A stretch of 63,880 nucleotides of DNA, counting the filler, from Octopus bimaculoides (taxonomy: Eukaryota): NCBI RefSeq assembly GCF_001194135.2. It is 7 parts of 7 records of this genome, joined end to end, with 100 filler letters (N's around TTAATTAATTAA, not from the genome) between each part and the next. Parts side by side here need not be neighbours in the genome. Positions count along the whole stretch, not along the records: positions 4,180 to 30,890 come from NC_068982.1; 6 more parts are not named here. One strand, 5' to 3'. Under the pieces are notes generated by a model, which did no database searches, was not told the origin of the DNA, and worked only from the letters and a program-made list of their open reading frames with translations. Shown here piece by piece: positions 10,705 to 23,379 of this stretch. Every line of letters begins with the position of its first letter. Position 1 is the first letter of the stretch. The translations under genes were made by a program, and so were the position numbers.

Positions 10705-12255
10705 GAACGAAGCGAAACCAATGTGTCTCACATGTATGGATGTACTGTCAAATGATAGCATGAAGTCAGCTAAGCTTAAAATTCATTCGGAGACCAAGCT
10801 CAAAGACAAGCAAAACAATCGAGTAGAATATTTTAGAAAGCTACACAATGAATTCTGAGCAAGAAAACTGGTGAATCAGTTATCTAGTAACCAATCATGT
10901 AAAAATAGTAATGGCTGACTGGAATCCCATGAAATTTCTAAACTGTTATTGGTGAAACTAATTTTACCAGCGGTATCTGTCATAATTTCATCATTTATGA
11001 AAGAAAATGCTAATGAAATTAGTTGTGTGGTTCGTTTAAGTAACTCATCAGTGTGACGGTGCCTTGGCGAAATGGCTAAGGATGTAGAAAAGCAACTAGT
11101 AACTGGATTACAAGTACAGACTTTTCCTCTTCAACCTGATTAATCTACTCCGAGAGATAGTAAAGCTATTTTATTGGTGCATCAATACTTTTTTTGGATG
11201 GTAATGGATTCAGAGAGGAAATGTTTTTTTGCCAGGCGTCTTCAAACAGACACAAAACAATTCTCAAAAGCGTTGTAACTTATATCGAGGAACACAATAT
11301 TCCGCTCAGAAATATAATGGATTGTGCAAATGACAGCGCTCCATCCACGATTGGCAGACACAGGGGTTTCATTGCCTATTTAACAAATGCTGTGTGATAG
11401 CACCAACAACACTTACTGGCAAAACAATTAAGTGCACGTCTGCACGATGCCCTTAATATTGTAATATTATTTTACAAGATGGCATCTTTTATGAATTCTG
11501 TAATCAAAATGAAGAGTTTGAATGCTTTGTAATTCACACAGAAGTGAGATGGTTATCAAAGGGTAATTGTTTGAGTCGTTATTTTTTTTTGTGCTTTTGC
11601 TATCGACAATTTCGGCCAATTAATGGTTGCAGCTAAATGTGATATATTATATTTATCAGATATAGTTGATAAAATTAATTTGAATAATAAACAGCTTCAT
11701 GGAAAAAAAAAAAAAAAATTCTGATCTCGTATCCTCCAAAGGAGCTATTACTGCTTTTCTAGGGAAAGTATAGCTCTAGAAAATAAATATTGTATTTTGT
11801 GCATCATTACAGTTTCCTAGTTTGGAAGCAATTAACAGTAGTCTGCACGATGGTGACCTTGTATTATTTACTGAACATTTGAAAAAATTGCATAATGATA
11901 TGCAAGCTCGGTTTAAAGTCCTGATAAAGTTGATTATACCGTGCTGGGTGGCATTTGTTTTTGAAGCTAATGTTGCTCCATGTAGATATCTGTTTGCAGG
12001 AGAATCTCATTGAATTGCAGAGTGATGAAATATTTCAGGCAAGATTTAAAGATGGAGAACATAATGTATGGAAAAGAAATGACACTGCTACAAAGTATCC
12101 ACTATTCTGGTGGGGAAGCGCAGTTGTACTTTACTGATTTTCCTTTATCTTACCCTGTTGAATCTGGTTTCAGCCATGTCACTAACTTGTCCTCAAAAGC
12201 TCGTAGTCGAATCGACTTAGTAGAAAAAGGTGATCTTCGATTGGAGTAGAATATC
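10705..12255 (+). pseudogene. hAT transposase pseudogene (ZBED5/SCAND3/Buster-like)
   Basis: KPMCLTCMDVLSNDSMKSAKLKIH (BED finger); NIPLRNIMDCANDSAPSTIGRHRGF (catalytic region); HTEVRWLSKGNCL; FPLSYPVESGFSHVT..KARSRIDLVEKGDLRL (dimerization domain); many stops and frameshifts. Confidence 0.9.
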
Positions 12256-13082
12256 GCAAACTAGCAGAGCAGCACCAACCACCAGACTTGCATTAAATAA
12301 ATTAACACTAAAGTACTACCTTATTTTAATAAATGTTTTCTTGCATATTCATTTAACTTGTGAACATTCATTTTCCATAGAATTTAGTTAACAAATTGGT
12401 TATAGGTCCACAGTACACAAAACATTTTAACAATTTTTATACAAGTCCTAATAACATTTAATTATGAAAGTACAATAGGATTTTTTAAAACATCGAATGG
12501 GTATGAGAGGGGTGGTGTCCACTGGAATAAAATAGGAATCAAAATGGATCTACAGATTAAAAAAAAAAAGGTTGAGAACCCCTGCTTTGAAACTATGCAG
12601 CTAGAGGGAGTAGAGGCTTAGCATGCCGCTCAGGTCACAAGAACCACACAAGAACCAGAACATAAAAGGGTCAATATATATTATGCACATACCTTGTCTA
12701 AACAAAGTATGATTCACTTAAAGTCTACTACGAGTAATTAGAAATTAAACGGGACTCGACCAAATTCAGTTATATTTGAAATGAGGCAGAACGATTAAAT
12801 TTCAATTACATCTGATCGAATATCTATCAAGACAAGCTGACCTGCTCCTGCATTTGCTTTATGAGGCGGGAAGACAACAAATGGTAAGTTCAGACAATAC
12901 CTAGTCAATAATCACGTGCAATGGCTGCAAGAGCAGACACAATATACTGAAATGGACGGGTGTATATTTAAAAGGAGCGACAAAGTTTAACGAGGTCGCA
13001 AAACTTCTAAAACATCTGAGTGTTGTAACCAATTCATCGAGTGCGACTTAGTTTTTAATAAGCTGAGAAATGCAGATCAGCA

Positions 13083-13345
13083 ATGGCGTAAGATGTGGCA
13101 GTGTGGTAAGAATCTTGCTTCCAAACCATATGGTTCCACTGCGTAGCAGCTTGGGCAAGTGTCTTCTTCTATAGCCTCGGGGCCAAAGCGTTGTGAGTGG
13201 ATTTGGTAGACGGAAACTGAAAGAAGCCCGTCATATGTGTGTGTGTGTGTGTATGTTTGTCCTTTCCCCACCGCTTGACAACCGGTGCTGGTGTGTTTGT
13301 ATTCCCGTAACATAGCGGTTCGGCAAAAGAGACCGATAGAAATTT
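13083..13345 (+). mobile_element. SINE-A (head, internal (TG)n, partial tail)
   Basis: cttgggcaagtgtctt CORE-like block; ggatttggtagacggaaactgaaagaagcccgtc; tail gcttgacaaccggtgctggtgtgttt. Confidence 0.85.
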
Positions 13346-13573
13346 TTTAAATGTACTGAGGCCGATTCATTACGCTAAAAAATTATATGTTAAATAACAA
13401 CAGATAGATAGTGGTTCATTTACTACAGCTGTTTCTAACGAGTTTTTTTTTTGTATTGATGAATAGAATTATTACATCATGCGAATAAAAAACCGTTTTC
13501 ATCAGGTGAAAATACACGAATAACACAATAAAAAAAAACATGTATACATATATATATATCTATATATATATAG

Positions 13574-13618
<45 letters not shown>

Positions 13619-14989
13619 TACCCCAGCGGTTCGGCTAAGCAGACCGATAGAATGAATACAAGTACTGAAAGTGATTCATTCGACGAAAAAAAAAAAAAAA
13701 ATCCTTTAAGGCGTTGCACCAGCATGGTCGCAGTCTAATGAATGAAACAAATAGAATGTAAAAGAGAGATTGCCTGATGCAAACAATGCATCATAATATT
13801 TCGTTTTCACAAGAAACATGGAAATAGTCCTTTACGAACGAGATGAAGTGCAATCGAAATACAATCTCTTTCTATTCATTTTACTTCGTCACTATTTCCT
13901 GAAGGACGCTGAGAGCAGAGCAAAAACTACTAACAAAGCAGGTTGTACATGCACATACACAAAAACGCACATCCCGCACCTCCCCTCCCCCACACTTACA
14001 CATACATTTAGGTCCTTATGGAGTTAATTGATAACCGAAATCTTAAAAGCTATTCATTTCATCCCGGACAAAAAGAAAGGATAAAACAAATTTAGTTGTT
14101 CAAGACATTTTATTATAATTTTATTTTTCTGAGAAATATCCGTAATTAACACATAAATAGAAATATTTAAACAACGGGAACCTGCGAAAATTTCACTGGA
14201 AGTTGGCATATTTGGAAAGGTTGTGTTAATATATTTGTTTCGAATTTTTGTGAAAGGCGAGTGTTTTAATGTTTTTGGAGGAAGGGTAAGTCGAGAAAGA
14301 TTGAACCCCCCCCCCCCTAAAAAAAAAAACAATAAAGGGTTGGGTAGATGTTATGTTGGAATGCTTTTTAATGGGAAGTAGTGGTTGTGCAGAAGCTAAG
14401 CAGCACAGCGCAAATCAGAAGTTTTGAAATTCATTTAAATATTATAAATCCTTTGCTGTGATAATGGACTACATAAGATAAACATATGCCTTCTACGCTT
14501 TCGATGTGCAGAAGAAAAGAGTGGAGAGTGTTTTAACGGACCGTCTCGCGATTTGTCGATGCTCCTCAGAGAAGTCGTACCCAATCTCCTTTCCCAGTCA
14601 GATGTCATAAAGCAGTCAGTAGAAACAACGCACGCAAATGCAGATATATTGGGGATCTCCGTCACTCGACTATGAGGACTCAGTTATCTGATGAGTTAAA
14701 CTACCCGCTCCTGAATTAACGCAAATTTGGCCGAGCATTCTGTAGTCACATGGCCCTTAACGTAATTCTCGGGCAGAATTAGCGCGATGCAGTGCGTGAC
14801 AAGGCTGTATCTTATGAATTACAGGAACAATCCAAACGACAGGCTTCTTTACAGTTTCTATCTACTCACAAGTTATGGGATGATCTGGGGCTGTAGTGAA
14901 TGACATATACTTAAGTATATGAAAATGTGCACATGGGCGTATTCATGGATGGCTTTGTGAATCTTCTTACATGTAAATCTTTACATACG

Positions 14990-16800
14990 TTTTATGCTTT
15001 AACAGTTCCCGCTATGCATCGCAGCCTCTTAACATTGATTTCGAGGTCACGTAACCAAGTGCCGCAATAACTATTGGCAAAAAATCTAAAGCTACGGTCC
15101 GAATCGAATACTTGCATACTTCCCATCAGTTCGGTATATACGTTCTCTTATTCGGTAACCTTTAATATTATGTTGATATCTGCTGAGCAACGATCTTCAA
15201 CGACCCTGCACACTTTTATTTTCTCTACCCCAGATCATTATGTCTACTCTGTTGTTCTTGCATTTGACTGAAGTTTTGACGGGAACATTCTACTCATATT
15301 ATTTTGAATTTTGTGTGGTTATGTACTCTATATCAATCAGACTTCTTAATTTGTTTCCAGAGGTTTATTCTTCCTACGAATTTCATTATGTAGTGTTTTA
15401 GCCACGGCGTCATGTCTTAGGTAAATAATGCTGAGGACAGTTTTAGGCAGCAACTTGTAACGTGGTTGAAATCGTCATATTAATTCCACAAAACCTACGT
15501 CAGTTAGTGAATCAAGGTGATTTATCTGCATCCATATCGCTGTTGTGCATTAAGGAATTTGAGACAATTTTCTGCTGCTGTATTGAAAGACATACCCTTC
15601 AAAATGTTAGTCCAGAATGAACTGTAGAGGGTGTCAGTTGCTGTCATTTTGAAACCTTCCAGGAATATTACCATGTTTGCCTTTTGGCGAAATGTATGGA
15701 GCTTCTCTTCTGATAATCTGAGGTTGTGGAGTTGAGTAACATCTCTGGTTGTTAGTCAAGAAATACTCCCGGAGAAACCTCTTTTCGACTCTCATTGATG
15801 TTATTGATCTCATGTATTCAGACTTGACCAATGGCAAGACTTCGACGGTTGGTGGTTTTAGTAAATGTTGTCGAAGGGATATGATATGTCATTTAAAGGC
15901 TGTTTGTCTGATGTTAAGCTTTTGTTGCCATGTTTTCGTGTTATGCAAAGGGTTCTTAAATCCTTGTTGCTGCAGAAATTCCGGGAATGGGTTAACAATT
16001 TCTAGTTTTTAATATCAATAGCCCGGATTTCATGTAGTGTCCAATCGAGTGACCTAAATGTTGTGTTATGAGCACTGGTACAGCAAACACATTGTAGCCT
16101 ATTGGATTATTGAACGCAGAAAATCCCGGAACCATATTTTCTTTATCCTCGTGTTATATTCCCTGGTTACGTGATCCTTGTTACAAGATTAATCAAGAGG
16201 AAAATACTTCTAGCTATTCCTAAGTACCAGTGACATTCCCCATCAGTTATATGAGAATAGTTAGGCCATTGATAATATAATCATTTAAGATTCCATAATA
16301 TAATCATTTAATATAAAATCGTAGATAATACAATCATTTAAGAAAACCCCAAATTCTATTCTTATAGTTTTCAAGATTGTCGTAACTAGCCAAAGGCCAT
16401 ATTCTTTGCACAATTTTTAAAAAATCTTCCACGAAAGAGCAATGTATCAAGTTGGTGCTTCTATTCTTCAGATTACTTAAAACAGAAAGGATAGAAGAGT
16501 GACTGAGAATATAAACAGCATCAAAAACGACTGTCAGAAATAATGTACATCGTGTATTTAAGTTCTTGATGGAAACCTAGGACGAACTCAGGTTATTCAC
16601 GACCCTGGTATTGATACTCAAGAACTTGAGCAAATTGAAGAGACTTTATAGCATCTAAAAAGCGGAGGAGTAGTCAAAAAATGGTTTCTCGTAATCCAAC
16701 CAGACTGCGACCATGTTCGTCTTGTACCATTGAACTTCTGACATTACAATTTTGTTAATCAAAAGTTGTTCTGGACATCTCTAAGCCCCTTTCTTTCCAG
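14990..16800 (-). pseudogene. Degraded non-LTR retrotransposon with RT and restriction-like endonuclease (R4/NeSL/HERO-type)
   Basis: Minus-strand motifs CPEQLLINKIVMSEV..NMVAVWLDYEK (RT), RHDAVAKTLHNEIR, NVPVKTSVKCKNNRVDIMIW and FRFLPIVIAALGYV (REL domain). Confidence 0.8.
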
Positions 16801-16819
16801 CTTCTCGTTCAGATGTGAT

Positions 16820-17022
16820 TCTCCTCTAGGCACAAGGCCCGAAATTTTGGGAGAAGGGGCCAGTCGATTAGATTGACTCCAGTACGCAACTGGTACTTAA
16901 TTTATCGACTCCGAAAGGATGAAAGGCAAAGTCGACCTCGGCGGAACTCAGAACGTAAAGTCAGACGAAATACGGCTAAGCATTTCGCCCGGCGTGCTAA
17001 CGTTTCTGCCAGCTCGTCGCCT
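16820..17022 (-). mobile_element. SINE-B with 12-bp TSD
   Basis: TSD ttcagatgtgat at 16808-16819 and 17023-17034. Confidence 0.92.
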
Positions 17023-17123
17023 TTCAGATGTGATGATATTACAACAACAATGATCTTGGAAGAATAAGTTCAGACGTTCTGTTTACATTTTATATACACG
17101 ATTCTGACATGCAGTTGGTCGAT

Positions 17124-17177
17124 AATTTTCCGCCAGTTGAGTTGCACACCCAAACAAACACAGACAACGCCCTCCTC

Positions 17178-17222
<45 letters not shown>

Positions 17223-18119
17223 TCGTACACAGTCGTGTAGATCCTGATAGGATAGAAAATCAGTGTATTTCCAATGCAGGATTCAGCACGAACTCCTGGT
17301 TATCTACACATTCATAATGGGACTTTGAGAAAAATGGATCTATTTTGATAATCAGTGACTTCATTCTGGCCAGGTTTCAGAACCTGTTGAGTTTGGTGGA
17401 ATTTCGAAGAGGTGTTGTCCCAGGTGTTCATGAAAACTTGTCGCGGGTGGTCATGCTGTGAATACTAAACTTTGTGCTCAACAACTGTAGCGAGTATACA
17501 ATGCTTCGAAAGCCTGCTGCTCGGCCTTATTTAATTGAAGACGCACACACCTACGGCATGACAATATTCCAACATACACCATCAATGTGACCAAGCGCAA
17601 ACTTAGGGAGCTTGAGCAGCTACAAGTGCTACCGCATTCTGCCAACAATCCAGACCTTGCATCATCAGATTACCACGTTTTCGGAACCATGGATCATTTC
17701 CTGTACGGACAGAGGGTCAATAATGTAAAGTGGAAAAGAATATTGTTTTAAGGCGGCGAGCTGGCAGAAATGTTAGCACGCCGGGCGAAATGCTTAACAG
17801 TATTTCGTCTGTCTTTGCGTTCTGAGTTCAAATTCTGCCGAGGTCGACTTTGTCTTTCATCCTTTCGGGGTCAACAAATTAAGTACCAGTTGCGTACTGG
17901 GGTCGATCTAATCACTGATTATCAAAATGGATCCATTTTTCTCAAAGTCCCATTATGAATGTGTAGATAAGCAGAAGTTCATATTGAATCCTGCATTGGA
18001 AATACACTGATTTTCTATGCTATCAGGATCTACACGACTGTGTACGTTTCTGTGTGTGTGTGTGGAGGAGAAGTTGTCTGTGTTTGTGTGGATGTGCAAC
18101 TCAACTGGCGGAAAAAATT
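17124..18119 (+). mobile_element. Long inverted repeats (about 210-235 bp) enclosing a mariner transposase fragment and a truncated SINE-B
   Basis: 17124-17358 is the reverse complement of 17912-18119; internal peptide VWW.. and HDNIPTYTINVTKRKLRELEQLQVLPHSANNPDLASSDYHVF (degenerate YSPDLAPSDY). Confidence 0.75.
17751..17911 (+). mobile_element. SINE-B, 3'-truncated
   Basis: aaggcggcgagctggcagaaatgttagcacgcc... ends at gatctaatc where the right inverted arm begins. Confidence 0.9.
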
Positions 18120-19020
18120 TCAGGCATTGTGCCGAGAGTAGACAAGAATAATGTACTGAGGTTGAAAATAAATGGAGGGAGCTTTTTGCCTCTACACCAA
18201 ACAAATGGCTTTAAAGTGGAATTAAGCTTCTGGCATAACGATGGACAACCGACAATTAAATATGATGGGATCTATGTTAATGAAAAAAAACCCTGTTCGT
18301 GTGTAATTTGTTTGAATTATTAATTGAAGTTTGAAATATGCAAAATCTTTTAATTCAGCCTGGAATTACAGACAGTCTATAAATTAACATTACAATTTGA
18401 AAAATTTAGAAAAATAATATGAAAAGTAAGGATAAATTGAGATTCTACTAGATGTGTTGCGTGCACCTAATGCGGCCCACAAGGAAGGGTTCTGATGTTT
18501 CGAATGAAACAACTTTTGTTTGCCAATGTTTACCAATAATCTCTGTTGCGTTATCCTTATGTTTCATACTTTTCAAAATTTTTCAAATTGTAAACGTAAT
18601 TTATGCACACATTGTATATAACATACATACATACATGTATAGAGTTCCAGTAGTCCGTTTAGATGTTTTCATCTGATTCAAGATATGCGAATATAATTTC
18701 AGTATTATAATATAAAGACAATAAGGGCAAAAGAGAAAAATTTCTATGCCAATATGCTGAGAAATCGTTAATCACCACGTACAATATGTATCACTATAAA
18801 TTGATGTGGGGAAAATCCGTTGGATTAATCCCGAATTTGATTCAATATAGAGATAAAGCATTTAAAAAAATTCCGTTAGCTTGCTTTACTCGATTTCAAC
18901 AGATTTATAATTGTTTATAATTTTCACCTTTAAAGGTATTTTAATATGCTGACCACTTGATGAAATTAAAAAAAAAAAATTTATACTATCTTAGAAGTAC
19001 ACACACACACACACACACAT

Positions 19021-19068
<48 letters not shown>

Positions 19069-19079
19069 GAGCTTGCCTC

Positions 19080-19744
19080 TCAAAGCCATGTTGTGAGTGG
19101 ATGTGGTAGACGGAAACTGAAAGAAGCCAGTCGTATATATATGTATATATNNNNNNNNNNNNNNNNNNNNNNNNNNNNNNNNNNNNNNNNNNNNNNNNNN
19201 NNNNNNNNNNNNNNNNNNNNNNNNNNNNNNNNNNNNNNNNNNNNNNNNNNNNNNNNNNNNNNNNNNNNNNNNNNNNNNNNNNNNNNNNNNNNNNNNNNNN
19301 NNNNNNNNNNNNNNNNNNNNNNNNNNNNNNNNNNNNNNNNNNNNNNNNNNNNNNNNNNNNNNNNNNNNNNNNNNNNNNNNNNNNNNNNNNNNNNNNNNNN
19401 NNNNNNNNNNNNNNNNNNNNNNNNNNNNNNNNNNNNNNNNNNNNNNNNNNNNNNNNNNNNNNNNNNNNNNNNNNNNNNNNNNNNNNNNNNNNNNNNNNNN
19501 NNNNNNNNNNNNNNNNNNNNNNNNNNNNNNNNNNNNNNNNNNNNNNNNNNNNNNNNNNNNNNNNNNNNNNNNNNNNNNNNNNNNNNNNNNNNNNNNNNNN
19601 NNNNNNNNNNNNATATACATACATACATACATACACATATATATATATATTCCTTTTTTTATCCTTTTACTTGTTTCAGTCATTTGACTGCGGCCATGCT
19701 GGAGTACCGCCTTTAGTCGAAGAAATCGACCTCATGACTTATCC

Positions 19745-19778
<34 letters not shown>

Positions 19779-20540
19779 TGTGTGCTGATATTTTCAGCAA
19801 TTGGAACCCTTTCTCATTTCTCCTTTCGTGCATCTGAAATTCCCTCAGATGAGGAAGTGGAAAAATGAAAATGAAAATGAAAAAGAATCCACCCAACAAC
19901 TTTTTTTGAAGCCTCGTACTTATTCTACCGAAATACTTTTGCCGAACCGCTAAGTTATGAGGACGAAACATGCCAACACCGGTTGTCAGGCGGTGATGGG
20001 GGTGGGGGTGCAAACACAGACACGCATACNNNNNNNNNNNNNNNNNNNNNNNNNNNNNNNNNNNNNNNNNNNNNNNNNNNNNNNNNNNNNNNNNNNNNNN
20101 NNNNNNNNNNNNNNNNNNNNNNNNNNNNNNNNNNNNNNNNNNNNNNNNNNNNNNNNNNNNNNNNNNNNNNNNNNNNNNNNNNNNNNNNNNNNNNNNNNNN
20201 NNNNNNNNNNNNNNNNNNNNNNNNNNNNNNNNNNNNNNNNNNNNNNNNNNNNNNNNNNNNNNNNNNNNNNNNNNNNNNNNNNNNNNNNNNNNNNNNNNNN
20301 NNNNNNNNNNNNNNNNNNNNNNNNNNNNNNNNNNNNNNNNNNNNNNNNNNNNNNNNNNNNNNNNNNNNNNNNNNNNNNNNNNNNNNNNNNNNNNNNNNNN
20401 NNNNNNNNNNNNNNNNNNNNNNNNNNNTTTCAGTTTCCGTCTACCAAACCCACTTACAAGACATTTGCCCAAAGTGCCACGGAACAGGACTGAACTCGGC
20501 AGCCTGTCGTCAGAAAGCAAATTTCCTGCCACGCTGCCAC
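19080..20540. mobile_element. Cluster of SINE-A halves around two gaps
   Basis: Plus-strand head 19080-19140; minus-strand tails 19650-19740 and 19900-20030; minus-strand head 20428-20540. Confidence 0.75.
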
Positions 20541-20543
20541 CTG

Positions 20544-20574
<31 letters not shown>

Positions 20575-20609
20575 GTGTGAGTGTGTATGTATGTGTGTGT
20601 TTGTGTGTG

Positions 20610-20648
<39 letters not shown>

Positions 20649-22744
20649 GTGTGTGTGTGTGATTTATATTCGGTTATAATAAAAAAAATTTATATTAATC
20701 GGATCGGATCGGTTTCTCTGTAATTCTGTAGAGTACTAATTTATTATTCTTAAACAAGAATTTTATTGACTAATATCAAACAGAAATACTGATATACGTT
20801 ATAACCATCGAAAAAACGAAACACCTTCTTGTAAAGTTCTGCATACATGAAAATATTCGAAACAATAGTATAACCTCAAAATCAATTACTAAAATTTCTA
20901 CAAAACACCTCTCCATAACAATCCATCCTAAAACTCCTAATTGCTACTTCATTCAAATCCACACTCGAAAGGGAGATCTTCACTCAACGGAGACTACATA
21001 GAGCCAATAATAACTTCAATGATGGCTTAACAGTCAATAATACTCTTGTTTCAGAAGAATGTGTTTGTTTGTGTGAGGGCTTGGTTTAGATATAGAGTCC
21101 AAATAGAATGAGAGGAATACTTACATCTTCTTAAAGAGCTTCCTGGTTGTAGTGCCGTTTTCGTCGGTGGTGGTGTTATTAGTTTCAGCGAAATTCCAAG
21201 TGGTATAAAGTATATTTCTAAAATCTAGTCTGAATAACGCTACGTTAATAAGTAAAAGGCGTTTCTCTTATTTATAATGGGAGCGATAAACTATTTACTG
21301 ATTTAGAGTGTAGAAGGAAACGCTCACAAATATATTTTGTCGAAAGAACTGTAGATTGAGAGTATGTAATGCACATGACAGTCACTAAAGAGGAAACTAA
21401 CGTAGCGTATTTTGCCACGGTTACAGGGCTTTCTTAGTTCCATCAACGCAAGAGACGGCAACAGTCTTAGCGGATATATTAAGTAACATCTCCTTTATTG
21501 GGATCGCAAAGACAAACTGCGTGTGCGACACCAGACCATAAGCTGTATTTGGGAAGGAAGCATCTAAAGGCTACCGTCAAGGGCATCGATGGTCATGTTG
21601 AGCTCCAGGTAGTTGTCACCTTCGTGGTTCATTATGAGCAAGTGGTCAATGGTAGAAGCTCACAAAATAATATCAGAATCCTTTTTTCAAGAAAGTACTG
21701 AGAATAGGGCCTTAAAACTCAGCATTCATTGTAGACAGCCAGGCTGCTACGCATGTAGAAGTAAAAAGCCATTTAGTGGCTTCTTCGCTCATTTAAAAGA
21801 ACGAAAGTAAGAGCGAGAACACATCATGGAGGTTATCAGTTCAAACGTGACATCAGGCACACCTCTAGCTCTGTCTTCATTGCTAGGAGCAAAAACCGAG
21901 GTGTCTGCTTTCTTGGTCTCAACCGGCGGAGGAAATGATAATCTTCCATAATAGCAACAACAACAGCGAGAAATAAATCAGTAAACGCACTGCCTCACAG
22001 TACCCCACCCCATCCACTTATGATGATGGGGGAATAAATTGAGGCCACAGGAGACCGACGGATTTGGGGGAAAAATGATAGAAAAATGACTCAAAGAAAA
22101 TTGAAAAAGGCAACAAAATGCGTGTACACCTCTGCAGAAGAAACGCTCACCAGTGAGAAGAAAACCTCTCTAGCATGGAGAGATTGTTTTGTCGTTGAAG
22201 CGTGATTGCTCTTATGAAGAAATATACTTGCACTCATGCTTTTGTTAATTGCTTGTTTTTTAATTGCTTTTTTTAATTGCTTTTTTTTTTCAATTGCTGA
22301 CTGAGAGAAGTTTGTCGTCTGTGAAAGCAATCCAGTCTCAAGTGATGTGGTTTCCTGTTCGATTGGAATGGTCTTCACAGTCATTCATTAGGCCAATGAA
22401 ATGACATTAGAATACGGACATGAACTACAAGAGAATGATCTAAATAAAGAGTGATCGGACAGAAGATATGAAATTGTAGGAAAGAAAATATAACGATGGA
22501 CTTCTAACAACACTTGCCACATCAACATGTAACAAACTGTCAACAGGATGTCAGTCCTTCCACAACTGACGCTTCCTCAAGGAAAATTCTGGGATCACCA
22601 GAGTTAACCAATGAAAGAGGGTGCAGTTAAGGCAAGTGGGTGATTGAAAAGTTTACATACATATCTTGGTTTAAATATTTTGAAATTTATTATAGAAGTT
22701 TTAAAATTAATTCTGGTCAAATATTGTGGCTAATAAAATCATCA

Positions 22745-22771
22745 TCATGATGATGATGTTGTTGTTGTTGT

Positions 22772-22835
<64 letters not shown>

Positions 22836-22908
22836 CTTCTTCTTCTTCTTCTTCTTCTTCTTCTTCTTCTTCTTCTTCTTCTTCTTCTTCTTCTTCTTCT
22901 TCTTCTTC
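22745..22908. repeat. Compound (GAT)n(GTT)n(CTT)n microsatellite
   Basis: Direct reading. Confidence 0.97.
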
Positions 22909-22946
22909 AAATGCCACCGGGGTCGTTATACTCGACTTGCCCCATA

Positions 22947-23379
22947 CCGTAAGAGTGGCTGTGTGGTAAGTAGCTTGCTTACCAAGCACATGGTTCTGGG
23001 TTCAGTCCCACTGCGTGCACATTGGGCGAATGTCTTCTACTATAGCCTCGGGCCGACCAAAGCCTTGTGAGTGGATTTGGTAGACGGAAACTGAAAGAAG
23101 CCCGTCGTATATATGTACACACACACACACACACACACANNNNNNNNNNTATATATATGTATGTGTGTGTATGGGTTTGTGTGTCTGTGTTCGTCCCCCC
23201 ATCATTGATTGACAACCGATGCTGGTGTGTTTACGTCCCCGTAACTTAGCGGTTCGGCAAAAGAGCCCGATAGAATAATTACTAGGCTTGCAAAGAATAA
23301 GTCCTGGGGTCGATGTGTTCGACTAAAGGCGGTGCTCCAGCATTGCCACAATCAAATGACTGAAACAAGTAAAAGAGTA
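22947..23379 (+). mobile_element. SINE-A, full length
   Basis: tRNA-like head (ggttctgggttcagtccc), CORE-like block, internal (TA)(CA)/(TG) tract, tail ending aatgactgaaacaagtaaaagag. Confidence 0.92.

Larger units (their letters stand above)
9262..12584 (+). mobile_element. Near full-length hAT transposon, Buster/Charlie group, degraded
   Basis: Left TIR aggggtctcaac, right TIR gttgagaacccctg; 8-bp TSD ctttaaaa/ctttgaaa (7/8, NNNTANNN type); ggtccac subterminal motifs at both ends; internal transposase remnants. Confidence 0.85.

Noticed and set aside
10705-12255. Domesticated ZBED5/SCAND3-like host gene
   Set aside because: Many stops and frameshifts, and it is still bounded by TIRs and a TSD.
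12790-12884. Plus-strand exon ending at a strong gtaagt donor (also 13912-13948 and 14480-14680 open stretches)
   Set aside because: Poor acceptor or donor context, very short or unrecognisable peptides; not distinguishable from chance.
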